Assembly (NCBI RefSeq): GCF_000002075.1
Contig: NW_004797282.1
Location: forward strand, 292,590-356,204
Source: Aplysia californica
Lineage: Eukaryota
Reading direction: 5' to 3'
Length of the DNA stretch: 63,615 bases
In this document: positions 23,401 through 35,600 of the stretch, piece by piece
How positions within the stretch are numbered: position 1 is the first letter of the stretch
Layout of the letters: every line of letters starts with the position of its first letter
The notes under the pieces: model-generated
The model's database searches: none
What the model was told of the DNA's origin: nothing
Seen by the model: only the letters and a program-made list of their open reading frames with translations
Program-made: the position numbers and the translations under genes

Positions 23401-26400
23401 TGATATCAGACGCTCGTCAAAATAATGAAATCAAAGAAATCTGCAATTTTTTGGATGATGAGCAATTTTTTTCTAATTTTCTTTTTTTGGCCTTACACCT
23501 TTTACCTCCATTTAAAAACACATTTCTGTGTGGATTATACTGAAAAACAATGATTAAAGGCAGAAAAAATGTACATTTTCAGTTTTCAAAGACTCTCAGG
23601 CTATGGAAGTTACCAAACTTTGGCGGCCTTTTTCTCGCTAATTTTACCTCCTAAACCAGACGACCCTGACCTCCTTCAATAGCAAATATTTCGACTTCTA
23701 CTCAACATAGATGGTTTTTTTTTTTTCACGAAAAGGTAGACGAATGAACAGGTTTTAAGATGATATCAATAACCCCAAATGCCTAAAAATTGAGGAGCGC
23801 CTGATTCCACCACGCTGTGACACATTTTGTCTCCAGACTTGCTGATGGCCGCCATGAGTTCGGACGTGACACGCCTGACGAAAGTCCTGGAGGACATCTC
23901 CCTGGCTGGTGTGATGGGCTTTGTGGACGTCGGCTCCTGGCTTCTGGACTCGCTGGTCACTCGGCTGAAGGAGGTGGTCAAACAGTTCAGCCCGCTGGTC
24001 ACTAAAGACTTTTACCTGCCAGCCCCACCCCTGTACTGCCCTCAGCCTCCAAGGACTGATAAGGTATTAGTGGTGACGTATCTGTCATTGTTGATGATGA
24101 TGATGATCTTAGATCGTCTAAGAACATATGATTAAATATGGACAACCATATCCAAGTCTCAAGTATTTTGCCTGCTGTAAAATGATGATGATGATAACGA
24201 TGATGATGTTGTATTTCATGAATTGGTATCTGAAGAAAACTCGGCATTGAACTGTTGAATCCCTTTGCAGACAAAATATTCTTGCATTTTTGTTAGTCTA
24301 TGGAAGTGACCAAAATTTCAGTTTTTCTTTTGTTTGTCAACTATGATGATAATACACAACCCATTCAAAGCTGCAAAGGTAAAGAAAGAGGTCTCATTAT
24401 CAACTTAGATGTTCCTGATAAACCTCCAATAAATAAAAGAACAGATTACGGTACTCAGGAGAATGCAATGTGTTCAATAGAGAAAGGGTACATTTTAAAA
24501 ATCATAACTTTACGTACTCTGCATCTTTTAACATGGTAATTCATTGCAACCCTCTGATCCTCTGTTCCCTTGTTCCCTCCATTCTCCCATGATAGGCCCG
24601 TTACTCTATGGAAGCCGAAGATGAGATGCAACTGCGTCAAAAAGCCGCTTCTTTGATCCAGCTGGCGCTGTGCGTGATGAACGCAACTCACCTGTCTGTG
24701 CCGTCCGTGATCTGGTACGTGCAGGTTCTAGAGTCCGTGCAGAAAAAGGCCACACAGTTCAAGGTGAGAATCACGTCCTTTGAATTTGTCTTACTGTGAG
24801 GTGAATATGATGATTGTCTTTGTAGATTTCTTGCTGTGAAGTGAATTGCAGTGAATGCCCTGGTTGTATTTGAATATTTCTTTGTTTAATTAAAATATAG
24901 CCTCCCATTTTGAACTGCGTGACCTAGTGTGCAACATCCAGGGTCACCATAGGAGTTACTGTGGGTTGCAGCTATGTCTTAAACAGAAAGGAAACAGCAG
25001 GCTGTGAATGTTTTGTTACTCAAAGAAATATTTGTTGGAGGGGGGGGGGGGGGTAGGGTTAGCTTTACTTTTGTCCATTTCTTGCTGTGAAATGAATAAG
25101 ATTTTCTATGAAAATTTTCCTTAGTTTGTGCTGAAAATTAAAAAGAAAGAAGACTGTCGAAATGGATCATCTTGTTTTTTTTTGGTCATGTGTTGAAGAC
25201 ACCGATTAAAAAATTTAAGGTGGAGGAAGAAATTGAGTTGTCGTCTCATCCTCTGTTGTTTTCTTGTTTTCCCCAGGCCAACACAGAGGGTCCCTGCCTG
25301 GACCTGCCCGACGTGCTGTACCAGTACCAGCTGATGGAGTCCGAGTTCCCCTACCCTTGTGAGGACGCCTCCATCAAGTCAGTCCTGTCGAGTTTCCGGG
25401 AGTTCTGCTCGCTCGTCTGGTTACTCCATGCCAGGGACCAGCTGTCCATCAACCTCCGAGAGCGGGAGAAGTTTCTCAGCCTGGTGAGTTTTCCCTTGAA
25501 ATATTTTTATCCCAGAGATAAGTGACATTTCACTACCTTGGAATTACAAAGTGTTATCTGCTCAGTATCTGGTTTTGAGAAATTTGATGTTAAAAATATA
25601 GAGCTTCACACCCTGTCAAGCTTTTTCGAATGCAATTCTATTAATATCTTCATAAAGAGTTTGAATAATCTTATGATTTTAATAAAGTAGATACAACATA
25701 TGGTTTCTGACCTTATAGTCTTAGTTACTCAAAAGAGCCAAAAATATCAGATAGAACTTTGTATTTCTAAGGTAGCGATTTGGAGCTTCTTGAGAAGTAT
25801 TGATTTAGAATTAAAAGAAGTTATGTTTTCTAAAGTCAGCAAAGTGTATTTTTGTGGAGAATACAGTTAAAAACTATGAATTGTAATAAAGTGTCAGCTG
25901 TGGTACACAGGTAGTTAGTATTGTGTCATAAGTGGTTGGCAGCTGACCTTTGCAGGTTTTGTGTTCTTTTCTGTCTCTTTCTCTTACATTCTTGTTGTTT
26001 CACTGTGTTCTGCCAATCAAAGCCACCGGATCCCATACTGACATCTGTAGTGTAGCAGTAAGGCACTTCCTTGTCACATGCAGAAGACACTAGTTAGTGG
26101 GTGGTTCTCAGGTGCTCTGGTGTTGTTTGGTCATTCTTTTCTTTTTTGTGTATACTACTCTCTTGTAACACCTCTAATCTTCTGCCTTTATATATATGAC
26201 CTTATTGTGTTGCAAGTGCAGTAAAACTCTTACCAAAAAAAAAAAAAGGAGTTCAGTTTCTAATGTTGTATTTGTGTCAGCTTGGATTGGCCCTGCCTGC
26301 CTCGAAATTGATCTAAATTGTGTTGATGGGTCATAATACTTTAACAATTATTAAACCCCCAATGGCACTTTTTAAAATGAATGATAAGGTCTCCACAAAT

Positions 26401-29400
26401 ACAAACCTCATGAACTTTCTTGTTGTCTTCTACCAGGGTGTGGATGTGGACAATGAGGAGGAATGGCTACGTAAATGTTTCACCACCCTGCAGTGGGCTG
26501 TTCACTTGGTGGCCTTCAGCAGGTTTCTCTCGGATGAAGCCAGTGTCTATAAGGTTTGTGTACTCAGGAGGATTTTGTCAACTATGAAAATTAAGTTTAT
26601 ATTATTATGTCTTTACTTATTCCAGAGATGAAGTTTTTTTGGGACATCATCATCATCATCATCATAATAATAATGATAATAATAATAGTAATAATAATAA
26701 TAATAATGATGATAATAATAATGATGATAATAATAAAATAAAAAGAACAACAACACCAATAGCAATACTTATAATATGACCTTATTGTGTCTCAATTGCT
26801 CTAAAACTCTTACTAAAACTAAAATTAAGCCAATGTGCTAGTCATGGGTGCTAATATAGTCAAGATGTCTCTTCTATTATCTATTGTTGTCGACTGCAGC
26901 CACTCACAAGCCTTTCCATGTGGAGATACTTCTCTGTAATAGGTGTAAGAGCTCAATAAGATAGAAAAATAGTAAAGACAGAAACTGCTTTCCATTTTTG
27001 TGTTTTCATGTGCACCTTTTAAGCATCTTTCATGTCTGGCATCTTTCGCTTTTCAAAACCTGGTGTTTATGTGACTCTTACTGTGTCTATAGCCATGTTA
27101 AACACCTACCCAACCACACACCACACCACATTAATCCAGTCCAGTCCACGCCACACCACACCATACCTTACCAAACCACATCATGCCACGCCACGCCAAG
27201 CCACACCACGCCACGCCACGCCACACCACGCCATGCCACACCACACTGCACCATACCACTTCACACAACACCATAACATTCTTTTAAAAAAATGATGATC
27301 TACCTCTCCTTTCTTAGGTTCATCTTTTTGGTAGGATCGCTGTTAGTATTTATCAATGAGACAGAAAAATCTTCCAAAGAGAAGGGCACAGTTATTTCAA
27401 GTATTTTACTCTCTTGTAACACCTCTAAACTTCAGCACTTATATGACCTAATAGCTTTGTAAAGGTTGTAAAACTCTTACTAAAACTAGACTAATTCTTT
27501 TTAAAAACTGATGATCTACCTCTCCTTTCTAAGGTAACATTTTTTGGTGGGATCGCTGTCAGTCTTTATCAATTGGAGAAGAAAAAAAAATCTCTCCAAG
27601 AAAAGGACACAGCCATCTCAAGAATGACCTCGTACGTTCTCTCTTCCCTCCCACCCTCCCCCAGGTTGTGATGTCGCTGTTGCTCGACCTCCCCGCCACA
27701 GAAGACACGGCCAACATCCTGGCCGAGCACCTGTATGACACGGAGAACCTGCACCCTGAGGTCCAGGAGAGGCTGGAGCGGCTGCTCAACTCCTGGCAGG
27801 TGAGGGGGGGTGGGGTGAGGGGGGGGGGTGAGGGGGGGAAGACAAGACCATAGAGAGCGATCCTCGTTGATTACTTATTATTGTAAAGAAGTATAGAGAT
27901 GTTGTAACTTCTTGAATCGCTACCTAAGAATGACAAAGTTCCATCTGACATTTTTGGCCGTTTTGAATTACTCAGAAATCAAATGTCTCTATCTGCTCTG
28001 TCACATTCTCAAGATTATTCAGAGTCGTTATGAAGATATTCAAAGAATTGCATTTGAAAACGCTTAGCTACGCTGTGAAACTCAAAATTTTAAAGGTAAG
28101 ATTTCTCACAAGCTAGGCAGAAAAGCGTCTATCATGATGAGCTGATAATTTTGACTTTGTAATATCATTGCCCTTGTGATAACACAGGCTTACCCAGTGG
28201 AGTAATTTTACCAGAGACGCAAATAACTTATTTCGTTTCATCGTGCAGCAACCTGGCAGCCACCTTTACTTGTAACATTTTAAGAGCATTGCTAGTCAAA
28301 ATTCAGACTTGTGTTTGACTAAGCATATGACATGGATAATTCATTATTGATTAGTCAAATTGAAAAAAAGATTTGTATTATGTGGGTTGGCCAGTTTTAT
28401 CATAGGGTGACATATAATATGTATTGATAAGAGTGACTTTTCTCTCAAGTCAGTTTTTGTAATGATAATAATAAATAATAAATAGCATTTGTTTAGTCCC
28501 AATTCCCGCTCAGCAGCAAGCTCTGTGCACTTTACAATCTATATTATTACTCCAGCAGACCTGATAGCATTCTGAAACAATCTCAACTTCCTGGGAAGCA
28601 TACTGTGCAAGCTGCCTTTTTATGGGCGCTAAAACATTAACACACTGACAAGATCTTTCACTGCCTATGGTCGGGTACCCATTCCCACCTGGGTGAAGTG
28701 AGGAGAATTCTTGTAAAAGGCCTTTCCCAAGGACACAATGTTGGGCCTGAGGCTCGAACCCCTGAACCCACAACCTCATGATTACAAGTCCGGTAGCCTA
28801 ACCACTTGACTACCGACGCCACAATACTTTCTGTACACCAGGGTGTGATTCTGGTGCCAGAGGCAGATGGAAGATCTGTGGGGGACAGCCTGGAGATGGA
28901 TGAGGATGGTCGCAAGTCGGTCACTTTCCTGGGAGCCAGTCCTAGAGGGAAAAGTCTCAGTGTTTACTTCCATAAACAATGCATGGTGGGTTTGTTTGCC
29001 ACACTCTTACTGTCTGTATGTGTTGAAGCATTGCTTGTATTTGTAATAGATATTGACTTCTAGTCTGACAGCTTTGATGTTTGAGGAAAATTAAAACGAT
29101 TAATTAAAGTTCCATTCAATAAAAAATATTTCTTCGTTAAAGAAACAGCAAGTATGTAAAGCTTAAACTATGCCTGAAATAAAAAACTCATAAGCTGTTA
29201 GTTCATGGCAGGTTTTGTTGAGTTTGGATGAAGGGGGAGATAAAACATACATTTATGATTGTATTATCAGTGCTACTGTGGTTTTGAACTTGCCATTTTC
29301 AAAGTCAAAGATGAGATGTCTTGTACATAAGTTTTGTGTGGACGGTCCACAGACTTTCAGTTTGAGTATTACTGACCACTGGCTACAGATTGTCCATTCT

Positions 29401-32400
29401 TGCATTAACTGGTAGTCGGTAAAAGAAGCCAATAAAGAATATGAAGTCCCATAAAAGATATTTTTAAATTCACTAGTGCTTTAACGGTATGTCTATATTT
29501 TTATATCTTATTGATTCTGATAACGAAAGCAGCTATTGCTATAAGGTGTAGAAAATTTGGTGTTCAAAGAAGTGGATGAAAGAGTCATTTTCTTTTTTCA
29601 TTTTTAATTAAATATGTTTTTTTGTTATTTTTTAAATTCCAGATTATGGACAAAGTACTGAAGAAAAAGAGTAAGTGCTATGGTTCATATGAGGAGTTCG
29701 TCTTCAATGTCAGTCACAAAGATTCAAGAAAAGGACGACTAGATATTGGTTCTTGGCCTTTTGAAACAAAGAAGTCCTACTTGGACTTTCTCGATACCTT
29801 TGTATCCATCAGCTTCAGCAAAGTCCTTGACATCATGGACGAGAAGGGCAGAGATGCCAGCCTCCCTTTCCTGCGAGTGTTTGCCAAAGATATCGTGGAC
29901 AGAGAAATGTCGTTTTTTGTCCAACGTGTGGCCAGTTCTGCTCACAAGAAACAAAAAGGTCTTTCTGTCTTTTCTGGTGACTCACAAGCTCAAGAGAGGG
30001 GGCGGGGCGGTGAGAGGGGTCCGGGCAGCCCTTCTCGCAGGACACGGAGTCGCGACCCAGAGGTGCCTGGTCGAACGTCAGGACGAATGTTCAGACAGGA
30101 GGTTGAGGACGATCAAGGTCAAGAGGTCGGCCCGAAGGGTCAACACCCTGTGGGGTTGTTCCGAGGCAAGAGTATGATGGACGCCCCACTAGAGAGGACA
30201 CATGCTACTGTCAGAAGGTGCGTCATTACAGCACGGGGACGATGTCACGAGTTGACGTTGGTTTGTCTGTTAAATTCAACAAATCCCTACCTTAGAATTA
30301 CAAAGTTTTATCTACTCAGTACCTAGTGTTGAGAAATTTGACATAAAAAAATTTTGAGTTTCGCATCATGTCAAGTTTTTTTCGAATGCAATTCTTTGAA
30401 TATCTTGATAACGACTCTGAATAATCTTATGCTTTTGATAGAGCAGATTGCACATGTTGTTTCTGACCAAATGGTTTTGGTAACTCAAAGCAGCCAAAAA
30501 TGTTAGATAGAACTTTGTAATTCTAAGGTAGTGAAATGCAGTTGAACTTGTCCAAGTTGATCACCCGTTGTTGAGGAGAGAAGTGGTTGTCTTAAACCTT
30601 AGATCTTGGTTTTTTTGGACAGTGTCATCATTGTATAGAAAAAACACAAGGGAGAAGTGGGAAGTGGTTGTTTGTACAGGCTGTTGTCTTGAACAGGTGA
30701 TCATTAGAGCATGTTTGATTGTATTAATAAAAGTATAAATAATAAGAGGAAAGCAGAGGAAAAAGTACCAAACGTTTTGTAAAATTCTGTTCTGTTAATC
30801 GTATGTCTGGTTGATTTGAGCTCTAAAATGTTTTGACTTGCTTTACGGATTTTCTGGAAAATTACAAGATGTTGGGTTTTTTTCCTACATACTATGTTTC
30901 CTGAGGATTGTTTTTTGCTAGATTCATGTATACCAAAAATATATTTAATGCATTTGTCAAGTTTGTTCTTTAAATATTTCTAAAAGAAATTCATTTGTAT
31001 AGAGTAATTTTGTTTTGCATTTACCACTTTTGACAAACTCAGTTATATTGTCTATCACTTTTTTCAGGTATGAAAGTGAACCAGGATTGGACGAGTTGAA
31101 TAATTTCATCCTGGTCGGCTATCAAGATTCTCTGCCTCACCCATCGTCACATGCTGGGGGAAGTCACCAAAACCTGTCGCACATGGCCTCCCGGTTCACC
31201 CAATCGGAGGACAACCTGTACAGCAGTCTGGGTAGCCGGGAGCAAGAGGGCCAGTATTGGTCGCTGACGGTGAACTTTGGGAAGAAGTACACGACGCTGC
31301 AGCAGCTGCTGGAGTGGCTGGAGATGTGGGGCAACAAGTCGCACGCTCTCGGCATGGTGAACCACGAGGAGGTGCTAGAGATTGCTGTGAGTATTCTGCC
31401 TACTGAAGGCAGAACGGCGTAACATATTCTGCCTTCCAAAGGCAGATCTGCATAACTTCACATGTCATGATTTTGAGAAGGAAAAGAAAAAATGAGCACC
31501 CCTTCCTCTTCCCTCCCCTCATGACGCTTGGTGTTGAAATCAGTCACTTGGAAAGGTTTCCAACTTTGCGAACTTTTATTTCGCTTGAGAAAAACTAAAA
31601 AAAACAACTCCTGACGCTTGGTTTTGATATCAGTCACTTACCAAGGTTTACCACTTAAAAAACTTTTTGTTTTGCAAGGAAAAACATTGTTCTTACATTG
31701 ACAGTGTTCTTACATTGACAGGTACTGTGTTTTTTTAACAGTTTTTAAAATGCTGCCCTTCAATAGGGTGTCTGCTTACAAGTGGTTTGAATTCTTTAAC
31801 GCAACTTCTTACCAGTTTTACTCTAATTTCACAATATGTTACTCTTTTTCAAGTTCTAATTTTACTATATATTACCCATTTTCATTCTAGTCTCAACATG
31901 CCTTAGTTACTTTTTTTCATTCTAGTTTCTCAATACCTTTCCCTTTTTTCATTCTAGTTCCACAAAACTTTACCCATTTTCATTCTAGTTTCACAACATC
32001 TTACCTTTTTTCATTTTAGTTTCACAATGCCTTGCCGTTTTTTTCAAACTCCAGCCCAAGATGAGACTTGGTATTCCGGCCCAGCTGACAGTTCTAGCCC
32101 TATGGCTGTTGGAACACAAGTACAGCAGGAGCACGGAGGAAGAGGTCAGGGCGGAGCGCACCAGCAGGGGTCGGAGGGCGCGCAGACTCAGCCGCAGTCC
32201 AATGCGAAGGCAGTCGCCCAGCCCTAGTAGAAGGTTAGTTACTGAAGCTGGGATTGAATGATGTTTGTTTAGTAGGGGTGTGTGACGAAAAAGAAATGTG
32301 GAATTGGAAGTGACGCTGAGAAGACAGTTATAGTTTAAAGACATAATTTGAAGGAAATTGACGGCCGATTCCATTTTATGGGGACCGGGGTGCTGTCAGT

Positions 32401-32628
32401 GCTGTTGAAGTTTGAACAATAATTATTGTTTAAGGCGGCTTCCTGCATTGTCATGCGTCATTGATAATCTGCTCTGTTTTGACAAGGGGTCGAAGAAACC
32501 TATTTCCCCTTTAACCAGACACTGAAAGCTCCTTATTTAAACCTATTTGACAGTTGTTTCATATTTCTTCATAACGCTTTTGGCTCGGGGCTAGATACTG
32601 ATGACTGCCAAACTGCTGAGCAGAATTG

Positions 32629-32683
<55 letters not shown>

Positions 32684-35600
32684 CGGCACATTCAACATCA
32701 ACATGTTATTACATGCAAATGTAACTTGAAAGGCTCCAAAGTATGACAGTGGGTGGTTGGCTGGTGCTCTGCTGTGGTTTGCTCCTTCTTTCCTATCAAA
32801 CATCTATCATCCTGATCTTTCCTGCTTCTTTTTTGTGTTTGTTACTCTCTTATAACACCTCTAATCTTCAGCACTTATGTGACCTTATCGTGTTGCGAGT
32901 GCCGTAAAACTCTTACTAAAACTAAAAGTATGACAGCTTTCAGGACACAGAAGTGCACTGACCTTATTGTACACTTTAGGAAGGCCTTTGCTGATTATAT
33001 TCACATGTTTCTCGCCTAAGAAATCTATGGACTTTTGTACCTTGTTCAAGAATAACTTGTGGGCTATGTTGTATGATTTTTTCCATCCCTGTTAAATCTT
33101 GAGAAATGGAGTGACTTGTGATTTTTAGTTTTAGCTTCGAATAAACTGCATATTCCTGAGATGATTACTGTTGTTGTGGGTGGTTAGAGAGCACCACAGA
33201 CCGCAGGTCCTGATTCTTTTCTTTCTCTCTGTTATTTCTAAGTGTCTATTTTGCTTTTCTTCTGCACTTCATGGCAGTAGGTATGTTGATGTGCTCTTTA
33301 CTCAAACAAATTCAGCTATGGTTGATGTCTACTTTTTCACTTAATAATCAATGGCTGAGACTTAATTTGTGTTTCTTTTATACAATTAATAAGTTCTTTT
33401 ATTCATCAGAAACTCATCTATGTCAAGATCTGGTACTCCGCCTCGGTACCCAGAACCCTCCATAGTTCGTCAGGCAAGCCCCGTGAGACAGTCCCCATAC
33501 GGAACACCGGTGTCATCAGCGGTCAATAGCGGGGGCGGTGGTGGACCGGGTGGACCGGTGCCGCGGCCCAGGCACATCTCCCCGGTGGAGGGAACTGCCA
33601 GTGTGCACGAGGAGACGGCTCTCAGGCACTCCCTACAGGCCATGTCTCTAGAGCATGACCAGATCATTGACGCCTACACACAAGTCCTGGACGGGTACGC
33701 TGTAATATAAAGTTACCCTGCTCTTGGTGCTGTTGTGAGAAAAAGCCGATGTTTTTAAAATTTGAAAATGCAGGGCTTGTGAGATTCAGTCATTCTTAAG
33801 CACACAAATATTGTAATTTTGAAACATGGAAGGGTTTTCATTCCTATTTCTGTATCAACTTGTTTATATTTCAGTGTTTTTGCTAAAAGAATAACGCAAT
33901 ATCTTTTTTATCAGAGCGGACTTGTTGAGTGGTTGGAGGATGGAAGAGGTAGATCTTACTTCTTTATTAGTCTGTCTGTCTGTCTGTCTAATTTTTTTTA
34001 ATGCATTGAATGGTCTTGTTGTTGTGCTTATGCTCTTCTTTTTACTCAGACTAAGCTAAATCTAAACTGATACAAGTTATCATCTTTGCTCTTAGGAAAA
34101 GTAGGAAAAATTAACTTTTTAAATAATAATAATAATAAAGTGCATTTATTTACTGCATTTCCACAAAGAAGTGTTCAATGCACTGTACAATAATATAAAG
34201 AAAGTATGCAGCGCACAGCTCCGATAGTAATCCTCTTTTTCTCTCTCTCTCTCTCTCTCACTCTGTCTCTGTCTCTGTCTCTCTGTTTGTCTCTCTCTCT
34301 TTTGCCGGGGACAGAGCGCTATATTTTGTCTGTTTGATCCTGCAGCCCTGAGGACAGTAGTTCTATTGGAGTGAGCTCCCTTGCCTCAGATGAACTGGAT
34401 GGAGACTTGAAGAACACGCTGAACGCTCTACGCGGAGGGTAAGATGTTGTTTGAGAGCACATCGTGGTACAAGGGACATGCCTGTCCTCTGCCCATGTTG
34501 GCGATCATAACTGAGCTTATGGAAAACTCCCATTGAATGATGTAACAAAAATGAACATGAGAAACACATCTCTTTTGAGATTTATCTAATACCATTGATG
34601 ACTTTGACTGGTATTTTAGTAAATAGTACGATATATATTTAGTTGTTTTTTAGCTGAAAAAGCTTGAATTCATACACATTATCCGTTTTTTTGCTCAAGA
34701 AGGATGGAGGAATAGGAATACTCTGTGCTCAATTTGAGAATGGCTCATTTGTGTACACATACGTATATACATTCAAAAGACGTATATGCATTCAAAAGTT
34801 GGCCAAAATTAATTCTGACTTGAGACGAAATAGATGTGTCTAGATTTCAAGTTGGAACACAATGACTTGCTTTTTCACATATATGTAAAGTGCTCAGAGA
34901 TTGTTTTTTAATTGGGGTTGAGTGCAATATAAATGTCATTAATCATTATCATTATTATTATTATTATTTTTATTATTATTATTATTATTATTAATATGTG
35001 AGGCAGCGTGGTGAAATCAGGCGCTTGTCAAGATAATGAAATCAGAAAAATAGGCATTTTCCCGCCAGTTTGTAAATTTTGATCATTGATATAAAAACAT
35101 ATTTCCATGTGAATTTTACTGAAAAACACTGATTAAAGGCACAAAATTTGCCTTTTTTTCAATTTCCAAAGACTCTTTAGCTGTTAGAGTTACCAAACTT
35201 TGGTGGCCATTTTTCTCGATAATTTCACCACTGAAATCAGGCAACCTCACTTACTTTCTTCAAGCCTAGATATCTTGAGTTCTATTAAAGATAAATGGAT
35301 TTTGTTTTAATCAAAAGCCAGACAAATAAACAAGCTTTAAGTGGATACCAATAACTCCACATGCCCAAAAAACTGACGAGCGCCTGATTCCACCGTGTCG
35401 CGACACATATTATTATTACTATTAACCTGAACTGGAAGTACCAAACAAAGAAAATGCCTCACTTATTGATACAACTTTCTCCCAGGTCTCCTGAGAGAGG
35501 GACAGGGGGAGTGCCCCAGCCTAAGGACAGCAGCACACCAGTGAAACCGGAGAGTACACCAGGTAGGACCAACGTCTTAGTTTTAGTAGAGGTTTTACAG

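Noticed and set aside
28750-28822. tRNA gene (also 39944-40020)
   Set aside because: tRNA-like heads continue into SINE bodies and tails, with no clean cloverleaf or terminator.
32590-32630. Hammerhead ribozyme core (ctgatga..ctgc/gcag)
   Set aside because: No GAAA after stem II and no stems I/III.
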